Of a DNA stretch of 64,000 bases, positions 45,823 to 56,677 are shown one piece after another; the first letter of the stretch is position 1; every line of letters begins with the position of its first letter. This stretch comes from Candidatus Kapaibacterium sp. (GTDB lineage Bacteria > Bacteroidota > Ignavibacteria > Kapaibacteriales > UBA2268): contig OY761611.1 of NCBI GenBank assembly GCA_963664875.1, forward strand, positions 64,001 to 128,000. Direction: 5' to 3'. The translations under genes and the position numbers were made by a program. A model generated the notes under the pieces. It saw only the letters and a list, made by a program, of their open reading frames with translations. It did not search any database and was not told the DNA's origin.

Positions 45823-46875
45823 ATGCCAAATAGAATTAAAGTTTTGATTATTGACGATTCCGCATTAGTTAGAGATATTTTGAAAAAAGGCTTAAGTGCT
45901 GATCCCATGATAGAAGTAGTAGGGGCAGCACCTGATGTTTTCGCCGGTAGGGATATGATTGTAAAACTTCGGCCAAATGTTTTGACGCTTGATGTGGAAA
46001 TGCCTAGAATGGATGGTATTGAATTTTTGAAAAAGCTAATGCCTCAGTTCCCTATTCCGGTTGTTATGGTAAGTTCGCTTACTCAAAAAGGTAAGGAAAT
46101 AACAATGCAGGCTTTAGATGCCGGGGCTGTAGATTTTGTATCCAAACCTGCATCTAACGTTGCAAGAGGCCTCAATGACATGATGCTCGAGCTTATAACA
46201 AAAATAAAAATAGCCTCTACTGCCAATGTCGCTCACTGGAAAAACAGAAAATATGAACCTACCCAGCCTAAGGTAAAACCTGCAGCTGCTTATGCACTTG
46301 CTGAGTCAACTGATAAAGTTATTGCTATTGGTGCTTCTACAGGTGGTACCGAAGCGATAAGAAAAGTAGTAGAATCTTTGCCTCCGACTACTCCGGGGAT
46401 TGTAGTGGTGCAACACATGCCAAAAGGATTTACTGATACTTTTGCAAAAAGATTAAACGAACTTTCGTACATGAATGTTAAAGAAGCGGAAGAAGGTGAT
46501 AAAATTCAATCCGGAAGGATTCTGATTGCACCTGGTGATTATCACATGGAAGTTGTCAGATCCGGTGGCTTCTATCATGTTAAGTTAAATCAAGAAGATA
46601 AAGTAAACGGACACAGACCTGCTGTGGATGTCCTATTTTCTTCAGTTGCCAAATATGTCGGAAAAAATGCATACGGTGTTATTTTGACAGGTATGGGTGG
46701 CGATGGAGGAAAAGGACTGAAAGAGATGAAAGATGCCGGGGCTAAAACAATAGGTCAAGATCAGGCAAGCTCTGTGGTTTATGGTATGCCTAAAGTTGCT
46801 TTTGAACTTGGAGGGGTTGACAAACAATATCCTCTTGATGATATTCCTCGTGCATTGATGCAGCTAATCAAATAA
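45823..46875 (+). CDS. cheB: Chemotaxis response regulator methylesterase CheB
   Basis: REC domain plus GASTGG, QHMP, HRPAVD, LTGMGGDG. Confidence 0.96.
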   Translation: MPNRIKVLIIDDSALVRDILKKGLSADPMIEVVGAAPDVFAGRDMIVKLRPNVLTLDVEMPRMDGIEFLKKLMPQFPIPVVMVSSLTQKGKEITMQALDAGAVDFVSKPASNVARGLNDMMLELITKIKIASTANVAHWKNRKYEPTQPKVKPAAAYALAESTDKVIAIGASTGGTEAIRKVVESLPPTTPGIVVVQHMPKGFTDTFAKRLNELSYMNVKEAEEGDKIQSGRILIAPGDYHMEVVRSGGFYHVKLNQEDKVNGHRPAVDVLFSSVAKYVGKNAYGVILTGMGGDGGKGLKEMKDAGAKTIGQDQASSVVYGMPKVAFELGGVDKQYPLDDIPRALMQLIK

Positions 46876-46913
46876 AATTTGAGTCTTTACTTTTGTAAAT
46901 AATCTTTTGAAAT

Positions 46914-49235
46914 ATGTCCCAAAAAATTGAAAAATACAATCTTTCTATTCTGATAGCAGAAGATGACCCAACAGCACTTTTCTTACTGAAAAGAGTCTGC
47001 GAAAAATATATGGAGCGAGTCTATACTGCTGTAAACGGTGAAGAAGCTCTAAAACTATACACAGAACTTAATCCGGATATTGTGCTTACAGATGTAGCTA
47101 TGCCTATCATGGATGGTATGCGTCTAATAGCTAATATCAGGCAAAATGATAAAACTATTCCTGTGATACTTCACACAGCTTTTGGTGACAAAGATACCTT
47201 AGTAAGTTCAATCAGTTTAGGTGTTTCTAAGTACATACAAAAACCTAACGGTATGGAAGAGCTGCCACCTATTTTAGAAGAACTCTCAGCACAGTTGCTG
47301 CTAAAAAAGCAATTAGAAACTAAAAATAAAAGGATAAATATCCTTTTCAACGCAATTGAGCATAGCTCAACAATGGTAGCGATACTTGATCTGGAAGGAA
47401 AGATAGAATATGTAAATCCTATCTTTTTTGAAGTAATAAAAAAGAACTGCGAAGAGGTAATAGGTAATACTCCTGATAATATTTTTGAGTTTCAGGAAAA
47501 TATACCCTACTCAGAATTGATTTCTATTGCTAAAAATGGTGCGGAAGTTTTTTTAGAAGCAAAAGTTAAAGACGCTGATAGTGACATTTTTATCAAATTT
47601 ATTCTACATTCTGTGGAATTTGAGGGAGATTTGCATAACTATGTTATGCTAATCGACAATATTACAGATAGAAAGAAATACGAAGAAAGCCTAATCAAAT
47701 CAAAAGAAATATTAGAACAGAAAGTAAAAGAACGCACTATAGAATTGCTTTCTGCCAAAGAGCAGGCGGAAGAAGCAAGTAAAGCAAAAAGTCTTTTCCT
47801 TGCTAAAGTGAGTCATGAGCTAAGGACACCTCTCAATGGGGTTATAGGTATTGCCAGTTTACTTGTAGATACTGATCTTGATGATAAACAACAAAAATAC
47901 TTGCAAATAATAAGGTCATCTTCATTGTCTCTACTTGGAATTATTAACGATATTCTTGACTATTCCAAGTTAGAAACTACAGGGATGACTCTACATATGC
48001 AGAAAACTGACATACAGTCTAATCTTGATAATGTTTGCAATTTACTGCAGTTAGAGGCTCAAAAGAAAGGTATTCTTTTGGCAAGAGAGTTTGAATTGAA
48101 AGGTGCGCTGTATCTTGCCGATAGCAAAAGATTAGAACAAATAATTACTAATCTTGTTGGTAATGCTATTAAGTTTACTGAAAAGGGAAGCGTAACTTTA
48201 TGTGCAAAAATAACTGCGTCCACTCCAAAACAAGATGAAATCCTAATCTCCATTATTGATACCGGTATAGGTATCAAAAAAGAAAGTAATGTCAATATCT
48301 TTGATAGTTTTACTCAAGCAGAGCATACAATGACCAGGAAGTTTGGCGGTACAGGTCTCGGTCTGACAATCAGTAAAGATTTGATTGATTTGATGGGAGG
48401 TGAAATCTGGTATGAAAGCGAATGGGGAGTAGGTACAACATTTTACATTAAACTCAAACTCGACAAACACTTGGACAATTCCTTAGCTACTGTTCAAAAT
48501 ACTGAAACTGTTGATCTTAGTAATTTGAAAGGTAGTGTGTTATGTGCTGAAGATAGTCTTATCAATGTTGAGGTGTTCAAAGGCATATTTGCGACAACTA
48601 CTCTCGATGTTGTTTTCGTGTCAAATGGTGCAGAAGCGGTAAATATGCTCGGTAATAAAAATTTTGATTTGATTTTGATGGATGTCCAAATGCCTGAAAT
48701 GGACGGACTAACTGCCACCAAAATTATCAAAAGTGATCCTAAGTATAAACATATCCCAATCGTAGGTCTGACAGCACATGCTGCCAAAGAAAACAGAACC
48801 GAATGTTTGGTGGCAGGTATGCAGGATGTTATAGTCAAACCTGTAGAGAAAAACACACTACTTGAGAAGATATGTACTTATCTAAGTGTCGGCACAGACA
48901 GCTATGATTTAACGGGCTTGCTTGATTCAATAAATTATAACAACAACACGCTGAAGCGATTGATAGAGTACTTCGTCAAAAACCATAAAGTAGAGATAGA
49001 GGATATCGAAACTGCAGTCTCTAATGATGATTATAACAGTTTACACAGAATCATTCATAAAATGAAATCTGAGGTTGGCAATTTTGGAGCAAAGAACTTA
49101 GTTGCCTTATCTGCAGAGATTGAGCAAGCGATAAAATATGAAGAGTATGATGAAGTAAAAGATAAAATAATTGAGTTTAAAAAACTTCTAAATATTTTAG
49201 ATACTGATTTACAAAATTACCTGAACAACTTATGA
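46914..49235 (+). CDS. Hybrid histidine kinase REC-PAS-HisKA-HATPase-REC-HPt
   Basis: AEDD/TDVAMP; PAS; SHELRTPL; NLVGNAIKFT; GGTGLGL; MDVQMP; IHKMKS (HPt). Confidence 0.93.
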   Translation: MSQKIEKYNLSILIAEDDPTALFLLKRVCEKYMERVYTAVNGEEALKLYTELNPDIVLTDVAMPIMDGMRLIANIRQNDKTIPVILHTAFGDKDTLVSSISLGVSKYIQKPNGMEELPPILEELSAQLLLKKQLETKNKRINILFNAIEHSSTMVAILDLEGKIEYVNPIFFEVIKKNCEEVIGNTPDNIFEFQENIPYSELISIAKNGAEVFLEAKVKDADSDIFIKFILHSVEFEGDLHNYVMLIDNITDRKKYEESLIKSKEILEQKVKERTIELLSAKEQAEEASKAKSLFLAKVSHELRTPLNGVIGIASLLVDTDLDDKQQKYLQIIRSSSLSLLGIINDILDYSKLETTGMTLHMQKTDIQSNLDNVCNLLQLEAQKKGILLAREFELKGALYLADSKRLEQIITNLVGNAIKFTEKGSVTLCAKITASTPKQDEILISIIDTGIGIKKESNVNIFDSFTQAEHTMTRKFGGTGLGLTISKDLIDLMGGEIWYESEWGVGTTFYIKLKLDKHLDNSLATVQNTETVDLSNLKGSVLCAEDSLINVEVFKGIFATTTLDVVFVSNGAEAVNMLGNKNFDLILMDVQMPEMDGLTATKIIKSDPKYKHIPIVGLTAHAAKENRTECLVAGMQDVIVKPVEKNTLLEKICTYLSVGTDSYDLTGLLDSINYNNNTLKRLIEYFVKNHKVEIEDIETAVSNDDYNSLHRIIHKMKSEVGNFGAKNLVALSAEIEQAIKYEEYDEVKDKIIEFKKLLNILDTDLQNYLNNL

Positions 49236-49627
49236 AAACTTTAATTGTAGAAGACGATTATATTACCTCGCAAGTAATGCAGGAAATCATGTTTAACTAC
49301 GGCGAATGTGACATTGCCGAAAATGGTAAAATTGCAATCGAGCTATTTACTCAGGCTTTTGAGCAAGAGCAAAAATATGATTTGATATTTTTGGATATTA
49401 TGATGCCTGAAATGGACGGACAGGACGTGCTTGCTCTTATTAGGCAAATAGAAGAGCAATATGGAATTAAAGGTCTTGACGGTGTCAAAATAATAATGTC
49501 CACAGCATTAGACGATTATGCTAATCTGAGCAAAGCTTTTGGTAATCAGTGCGAAGGTTATGTGGTAAAACCTATAGAAAAAGAAAAAGTTATCAAAGCT
49601 CTTCGGACTGCCGGGCTGATTGATTAG
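49232..49627 (+). CDS. Single-domain response regulator (CheY-like)
   Basis: LIVEDD, FLDIMMP, ST, YVVKP; 131 aa; overlaps the kinase stop (ATGA). Confidence 0.88.
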   Translation: MKTLIVEDDYITSQVMQEIMFNYGECDIAENGKIAIELFTQAFEQEQKYDLIFLDIMMPEMDGQDVLALIRQIEEQYGIKGLDGVKIIMSTALDDYANLSKAFGNQCEGYVVKPIEKEKVIKALRTAGLID

Positions 49628-50228
49628 ACTTTCTGTTTTTTATATACCAATTAATAACTAAGCCTATTATTATAACTCCACCGATGGGTAATAATATCTT
49701 ACCGTACAGTTCCATATAGTGGAATATTTCTTCGAGGTGCTCCCCAAATAGGGCACCTAATGCTAATAGTATGCCATTCCATAATAATGCGCTAAGGGCT
49801 GAAAGCACTACAGTTTTCCAAAATATCAGATGGCTCATACCGGCAAAAAATGAAATAACTGCTCTTGTGCCTGACAAAAATCTATTAGCAATAATAAGAG
49901 CATACCCATATTTTTGGAACCAACCTTCTACTTTTTTTACTCCGTCTCTTGAAATAAAGCTAAAAACAGAACTATGCATGATTTTTTCATCAACATTTCT
50001 GCCAAGCAAAAACATTATAACAAAACCAACGACAGAGCCTAATGTAGTAGCAATCAATAGAGGTACAAAACCTACCGAGCCTATGGCTATCAATGTGCCG
50101 GCAAAGACAATCACAGAATCACCCGGAGCCGGAGGAAAAAGATTTTCTATAAGAGTAGTAAAAAAAGCAATCACCAGCACCCAAAACCACGGCACTGATG
50201 ATAAAATTTCTATTGTAGATTCGAACAT
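49593..50228 (-). CDS. DedA-family membrane protein
   Basis: ENLFPPAPGD, GSVVG, F.KYG...I..RFL.G.R...S..AG; probable start ATG 50228. Confidence 0.9.
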   Translation of the reverse strand: MFESTIEILSSVPWFWVLVIAFFTTLIENLFPPAPGDSVIVFAGTLIAIGSVGFVPLLIATTLGSVVGFVIMFLLGRNVDEKIMHSSVFSFISRDGVKKVEGWFQKYGYALIIANRFLSGTRAVISFFAGMSHLIFWKTVVLSALSALLWNGILLALGALFGEHLEEIFHYMELYGKILLPIGGVIIIGLVINWYIKNRKSNQSARQSEEL

Positions 50229-50300
50229 TTTGCATATTTTTATGTTTATAATGCCCAAAAATAGCTAATTATTTTCTACTATCACAGATAAAAAATAGGT

Positions 50301-50912
50301 ATGACTAATTTATTTACCGACATATTAGACCATCCTCAAATTTTTGGCAAACAGCTTAAAACTTTAAGGCTGTCTCTTGAGTTTACTATCGAATTTGTTG
50401 CTTCCGAAACAGGTTTAAGTAAAAGTTTTATTTCGCTTGTAGAAAGCGGCAAAAGAAATATAAATCTGATAGATTTACAAAAATTGCTCAGGGTTTATCG
50501 TTATTCTGTTATACGTTTCTTTAGTGATACTGCTGATGCAGTAGAAGGTAAAAAGTACAATCCTGAGAGGAATGTACAAACAGAGGAGCACTCTATACTA
50601 ATCGAAGGGAGCAGAAATCCGGGGAAACATCATTTAATCCTAAAACGTCCTGTGTGCAATAAAGAAGATTTAGCAATATTAAATTTGTTTTTGCCGGCAG
50701 GTGTCGAATATCCTAAGGATTACTTTAGTTGTGATGCTGTAATCAGAGGCGTTGTGCTATCCGGTGAAATGCTCGTTCATTTTCAAGACGATGAGATTTT
50801 AATAAAAGAAGGCGAAGAATTTTCTTTTAATGGGGAAAGACAGCATGTCTTTAGAAATCATAAAAAGGAGAACCTTTCAGCTCTCCTGATTATACAATAT
50901 CCATATTTCTAA
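50301..50912 (+). CDS. XRE-family HTH regulator with cupin domain
   Basis: LKTLR...VASETGLSKSFISLVESGKR; C-terminal cupin VLSGEM...EGEEFSF...HVFRN. Confidence 0.85.
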   Translation: MTNLFTDILDHPQIFGKQLKTLRLSLEFTIEFVASETGLSKSFISLVESGKRNINLIDLQKLLRVYRYSVIRFFSDTADAVEGKKYNPERNVQTEEHSILIEGSRNPGKHHLILKRPVCNKEDLAILNLFLPAGVEYPKDYFSCDAVIRGVVLSGEMLVHFQDDEILIKEGEEFSFNGERQHVFRNHKKENLSALLIIQYPYF

Positions 50913-53900
50913 TCTGCCCAGCTTTTACTGATTTTAGTGCCTGTGTCAATATCATTCTCGAGTTTAAGGAATACATCCACTTCTTCCTGGAGCTCTTCGA
51001 CGTGGGAGATTAGTCCGACAATGCGGTTTTCGTTTCTTAGAGTTTTTAAAGTGTTAAATACCATCGATAAAGAGTTTTTATCGAGCGAGCCAAATCCTTC
51101 GTCGAGGAAAAAGAAATTTTGATTTGTTTCTGCTTGTGCTTGTACACTTTCAGCAAGAGATAATGCCAAAGATAAAGATGCCTGAAAGGTCTGCCCACCG
51201 GATAGTGTTTTTACGCTTCTTGACTTGCCTTCATTCATATAGTCACGTACTTCAAAATTGTTTTTTTCGTTTAATATCAGCTCTAATTGTCTGTTTGTCA
51301 GCACGGCAAATCGTTTGTTTGCCAAATTGCAGAGCTGCTGCAAATAAACAGTCGAAATATAATTGACAAACCCATTCTTTTGAAAAAGGCGAGATAGTAT
51401 TTGAATATTCTGCTTTCTAATATTTAGTTTTTCGTCTTCTTTTTCTAATTCTTCTTTTTGTCTCAAATCTGAAGTGAGTTTTGCTATTTCATGTTGCACT
51501 GAGCCGAGTTTTTCTGTTATTTCGGTAATATCATCTTTTACTTGCTGCATTAGCTGATTTGTTTCCAAATGAAGTTCTTTATCATATTTCCTGTCATTAA
51601 TATCATTTGTAAGCTCATGCAATGAGTTTTCCAATTTTGCCTTTTGGAGCTTGTATGTTTCTATCTTCTCTTTTAAAGATATTTTATCCATAGGTTTGTT
51701 AAGTATTAACCTTACTGAGTCTAAAGAGTCGAAAGTACTATCTGCAATTTTGTTATTCATAATTGATGTTATTTGAGCAATTCCCTCACTTAACGCTTGC
51801 AATTGTTCAGATTTGAGATTTATAGTTGTAACCAAGTTTGATTGATTTCTCTCCAAATCTTTCATCTTTGCAGTAATATCTGTAAACTTCTCATCAGTAT
51901 CTGCTACATGTTTTTCAATTGCTTTTGCATTTGCGAGAAGCTCATCTTGTGATTTTTTAATATTCAAATCGAAGATGCCTTTATCTAAGGCGTTTTTGAG
52001 AGTGTTTTGTTCTGATGTAAGGGAAGCTCTTTCTAATTCAAGCTGCGTAAGTTTATGGCTCAAATTCTCAATATTTACAGTTGCTTTATTTAGTGATTCT
52101 TCCAATTCTTTTAGCTGATTGAGTAAGGAGTCATATTCTTCAGTCTCTTCGGTAAATATAGCTATGACCTGTTTTAGTTTTTCTGAATTTTTTTTGTATT
52201 CCGGATTCCACTTATATTCGGAACTAAGATTAGAAAGCTGAGCGTTTATAGATGACAATTCGTCAGTAAATTCAGTTTTTTGCTCTTTTATGTTTTTTAG
52301 TTCAATCTGATATTTTGAGAGGCTGCTTTTTTGATACTGGACAACCTTGTAGTCAGCGTCCAATTTTTCTAAAGTTTTTACTATGTGTTCTGTAAGAGCT
52401 TTCTCATGCTCATATTTTCTGATAGCAGGATGAGTGGTAGAACCACAATAAGGGCAAGGCATTCCCTCTTTGAGTTCCTGCACTTCTTTTGCAATAGCTG
52501 TTCGGGCATCAATTTCTTCAATTTTGATCTTTGAAGCATACGTTCTTTTTCTATCGACTCAGCAGATTCTTCGAGTGTGATTATCATCGACTCGATTTCA
52601 TCTTTAGGAGTTTCAGATAAGTACTGATTGCCTTCGTAGATATCCATTATTCCTTTTTTTTGAACGTTTTGTTTTTTCTCCAGATTAGAAAGCTTTTCTG
52701 TGAGAGAACTGATTTGTCTGAGCAGCAGAGTTTCTTGTTTATACCATGCTTCAATTTCTTTAAGTACAGCAAGCTCGTCCTTTTTCCCTCTGATATGTTG
52801 TATTTTATTCTTTAGATTTTCAATGTTTAACTTTGTTTCTGCTGCATCAGCTTTTGATTTGTTGAGTTCAAAATTTGCTTTTGCTATAGCTTTTTCATTT
52901 ATATCTGATTTTTCTAAAGAATCTTTGATTTTGATAAGGGTTTGCAGATTTTCTATTTGTTTAAGATATTCTGTTTTTTTTGCTAATTCAGCTTCGATTT
53001 TTTGAAGATTGTCTGTTTCCTTAATTATATCATCTTCGACTTTTGTCAATTCAGATTTGGCATTGGCAACTTCAGTTTCTATCAATGCCTTATCTTTATT
53101 CTGTCTGTCCAAATTATTCAAATCATTTTCAAAGGTTTCTTTGCTATGTAAATAACAATTTAAGTCTTGCTCAATTGCTAATATTTCTTCTTCCTGCTCT
53201 TTGTGTCTGGTCAATTGAATTGTAATATCTTCTTTTTTTGAGAATAGCTTATGCAATTCTTCAAAAGATTTGATTTCAGATTGTAGATTTTTAGATTTAG
53301 TCTCTAAGTCAGCAAGTTGAATTTTTGCTGAGTTTAGTTCATGTTCTTTTTGTGTAAGTGTGTCTCGATTAGCGCTTGCAAGCTCAGCAAGTCTGCCTTG
53401 TAAGAATTGTAAAGCTTCCTCGTTTTTAGCATTTAGAGATTTGACCTTTTCCGATAAATCGAATTTTTCTAATCTGAATATTTCTTGCAACATTTTGGTT
53501 CTGTCTGTGTCTCCAAGCTGCAAAAACTCCTGAAACTTGCCCTGAGGAATAATTATAGTTCTTCGGAAGTTATCGTAAGAAAGACCCAGAATGTCGTCAG
53601 CTTTATTTGAATCTAACGGCAACCATGTATCATTTTCTTTGACATAAGCATTTCTTGAGTAAGTGCCGACCTGATCAAAATGCTTTTTGTTTCGCTTAGC
53701 AGTAACCGTAAATCTATATTGCTTGTCTTCTCTACCGGCGGAAAAAATAAAATCTATAGCTAACTCATTCGATTTGAGATTCATCATGTTATAGCTTCGT
53801 TTGTCGTTGCCTGAAAGTCGCTCCGTATTGCCATATAAAGCGTAGGTGATAGCTTCGAGAATAGTAGATTTTCCGCTACCGACTCCTCCAAAAATTCCGA

Positions 53901-53991
53901 AAAGATGATTCGCTGTAAGCTTGGAGAAATCAATAACTTGTTCTTCTTGATAAGAATATATACCTTTTAGTTTTAACAAAATGGGAATCAT
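50909..53991 (-). pseudogene. sbcC: SbcC/Rad50 ATPase split by a single-base frameshift (or sequencing error)
   Basis: N-part has GGVGSGKST and PQGKF; C-part has zinc hook CPYCGS, LSGGQ, FLDEGFGSLD and ISHV. The frames join with +1 nt near 52530-52550 (…IEKERMLQ / KIKIEEIDARTAIAKEVQELKEGMPC…). Confidence 0.85.
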
Positions 53992-53992
53992 T

Positions 53993-55216
53993 TTATTTCT
54001 CCTCACTAATAATCTCTTTAAACAAATCTAAAAGCTCTGAATTAGGTTCTTGTCCGCTGTTCTTAGATTTGAAGTAGCTGATAAAATGCTTGGAAATATC
54101 TGCAGTCAAATCTATAGAGTCTGTATTGTTGATAGCATCATTGTTAGAGATTAAAACATGTGGGATGATAGCGATTATGCCATCATGGGCTTCATAAAGT
54201 CGCTTTTTATCCATTCCGGTGAGGTATTCATCACTCACTATTGTAAGTTCTACAAGGGCTTTTGGATTTGCTTTAAGTTGGCTTATGGCATCATCAATTC
54301 CCTGACACATAAGTCTAAGTAAAGGTCTGCCTGCTTTGAGCTCAACTTTTTCAACTTTTGGTGAATTACCCGCTTCGAAGTCAAGTACAAGGACAAATTT
54401 TTGTTGATTTGCTTCGCTGAAGCTAAACGCCAAAGGGCTACCGGAATAATAGACAGGGCAGGGGGCGTTATCGACCTGTTGCATCCTGTGAAGATGCCCC
54501 AAGGCGACATAGTCTATTGAGTCCGGTATGTTTGATGTATGGACATCCTGCACTCCACCTATATGCAATATAGGTTTTTCATCTTCCGGTTCTTCCGGTA
54601 TTAAACCTCCTTTTTTAATCATAAATAGATGAGCCAAAAGGATGTTCACTCCATTTTTATCGCAATATTTGTCTGCTATTGATTGCCAATAATTTTGCAA
54701 ATAAAGCCGTAGTTCTTCTTCTGAGTTCTCTATGTCAAAAGCAGTTTTTAATCTTTGCTCGTTTGCGTATGCAGTAGTAATTATTCGAAGCGGTTCATTT
54801 GCATTTGGAAGAAGTAATTCTATAAAGCCTTTATCACTTTGGGTAACTCTAATTCCTGTTTCTAATGAAGTTTTATCAGCAAGAAAGTCCGGCTTGCCTG
54901 CGAGAAAAATCCCGCATTCTTTTGCGAGAGGGTCAGGGCTTTCAAATCTATCAGCCGAATCATGATTGCCTGCTATAGCAATGACGGGGCGGGTTCCTCC
55001 ATTAGTCATTTTTTTTGTCGCTCTGTAAAAAAGGCTAAGAGCTTCTGATGGAGGATTGAAAGTATCAAAAATGTCGCCGGCGACTATAATAGCATCAACA
55101 TTATGTTCGTTGGCTATTTGATTTATTTCTTCCAAAACTTCAATCTGTTCTTCCAATCTCGAGAAGACATCTAATTTTTTTCCCAGATGCCAATCTGAAG
55201 TGTGTAGTATTTTCAT
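53993..55216 (-). CDS. sbcD: Exonuclease SbcD
   Basis: HTSDWHLG, AGDIFD, GNHD, AH, LGHLH, YSGS..FSE. Confidence 0.95.
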   Translation of the reverse strand: MKILHTSDWHLGKKLDVFSRLEEQIEVLEEINQIANEHNVDAIIVAGDIFDTFNPPSEALSLFYRATKKMTNGGTRPVIAIAGNHDSADRFESPDPLAKECGIFLAGKPDFLADKTSLETGIRVTQSDKGFIELLLPNANEPLRIITTAYANEQRLKTAFDIENSEEELRLYLQNYWQSIADKYCDKNGVNILLAHLFMIKKGGLIPEEPEDEKPILHIGGVQDVHTSNIPDSIDYVALGHLHRMQQVDNAPCPVYYSGSPLAFSFSEANQQKFVLVLDFEAGNSPKVEKVELKAGRPLLRLMCQGIDDAISQLKANPKALVELTIVSDEYLTGMDKKRLYEAHDGIIAIIPHVLISNNDAINNTDSIDLTADISKHFISYFKSKNSGQEPNSELLDLFKEIISEEK

Positions 55217-55381
55217 TTCATTTCTTTGATTATTCTGTCAAATTATCCAATGCCAATATAATGATATATGGCTAATGCGTCAATAGCAAGAAAGACGTAT
55301 TTTTATTTTTACGTGTTATCCGCAAAAGGTAGAAATGAAAGAAATATTATTTATATTTGTAGATTATTATAAAAAGGAGAT

Positions 55382-55912
55382 ATGATGGAAAATACTTTGG
55401 ACAATTTACAATTAGAGAAACAAAAACGAAAAAAACTGCTGCTTTTTATTGGGAAGTTTCTATTGATAGTTATCGCTTATTACTCAATAGTTCTATTCCT
55501 AAGTGAAGAATTGTTTGCTCCCTATGTCAATGCAACTGCTTATCTGAGTTCGCTACTGATTAGATTGTTTTATGATTCAGTAACTGTCAGCGGTAACTTT
55601 ATAGGTAGTGGTACCAGCTTCATTAGTCTATCTTTTGGTTGCGAAGGTACAGAGCCGTTGGTCATTTTTATTGCGGCAATGGTGGGTTTCCCGATTGCGG
55701 CTAAGCAGAAACTTATGCCGACTATTGCGGGTGTTGGGATTTTATACTTCCTCAATCTAATTAGAGTTTTGGGGCTTTTTATTGTAAATTCGACTTTCCC
55801 TTCGATTTTTGTCGAAGTCCATGAGATATACTTCCCCATACTATTTATAATGTTTGCTTTTGTTCAATTTTTTATAAGTCTGAAATGGTCACTGAAAAAC
55901 ACTCAAAAATAG
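55382..55912 (+). CDS. Exosortase/archaeosortase-family transpeptidase
   Basis: TM protein with GCEG (Cys), LNLIR (Arg) and VHE (His) triad pattern. Confidence 0.82.
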   Translation: MMENTLDNLQLEKQKRKKLLLFIGKFLLIVIAYYSIVLFLSEELFAPYVNATAYLSSLLIRLFYDSVTVSGNFIGSGTSFISLSFGCEGTEPLVIFIAAMVGFPIAAKQKLMPTIAGVGILYFLNLIRVLGLFIVNSTFPSIFVEVHEIYFPILFIMFAFVQFFISLKWSLKNTQK

Positions 55913-56550
55913 ATAGATTATTCGGAAGAAAAATTTGGTTGCAGTTTGCAGTTAAATCCATAATCCTAATAGTTATGTACATTTTGCTTTTGCCCTTGCT
56001 TGTCAATTTTTCCGGTGCAATATTGGAAGGAATCGGCAATAGCTACTACGAAAGATTCCAAAATGATGGTTCTTCTCATAAAGTCAAAATAGTCAGAAAA
56101 AATCTGAATCAAGACTTTAATGTGATGACTCATTTTTATGAGAAAGCAACAGACGATGGGGGACATGCTATCAAAGAACTGGAAATCAACATACGAAACG
56201 AAGTACTTAATCCAATAGCCGTATTTTTGATAATATTTCTTTCCTTTCCATTTGGTGAAAGATTTCGACTAAAATCTTTCTCGATAGCCTTGACAATAAT
56301 TCTGGTCTTTATTGCATTTAAACTATTTGCTATGGTTTATGACAATTACAATATGCCGGACTATGTCTTAAAAGATCTTGTTTTTTTGCTTGACTATCCT
56401 GTTTATTTGTTTAATATGGCACTTGCCTCGCTTGGTACCAGTATCAATTATGCATTTCCGGCGATAGTTGCTCTGATTGCTAATTATATTTTTATTGAAG
56501 AAATATTTATTACTAAACTTGATTTAGATAATAAAATGCTAAATCAGTAA
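55885..56550 (+). CDS. Exosortase-associated membrane protein
   Basis: About 4 TM segments; overlaps the exosortase gene end. Confidence 0.65.
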   Translation: MVTEKHSKIDRLFGRKIWLQFAVKSIILIVMYILLLPLLVNFSGAILEGIGNSYYERFQNDGSSHKVKIVRKNLNQDFNVMTHFYEKATDDGGHAIKELEINIRNEVLNPIAVFLIIFLSFPFGERFRLKSFSIALTIILVFIAFKLFAMVYDNYNMPDYVLKDLVFLLDYPVYLFNMALASLGTSINYAFPAIVALIANYIFIEEIFITKLDLDNKMLNQ

Positions 56551-56677
56551 AAAAATATGTAACTATTTTAGAGCTCATGTGTTTTTACTTTAAGGGAGTA
56601 ATTGTGTTTATATTTCCAAAATCGTAATCTTAGATTTATAAAATAATTGAATTCAATATTTAATCAGGAGAAACTGC

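Noticed and set aside
52480-52560. Programmed -1 frameshift in sbcC
   Set aside because: No canonical slippery heptamer in frame and no evident stimulatory structure; an indel is more parsimonious
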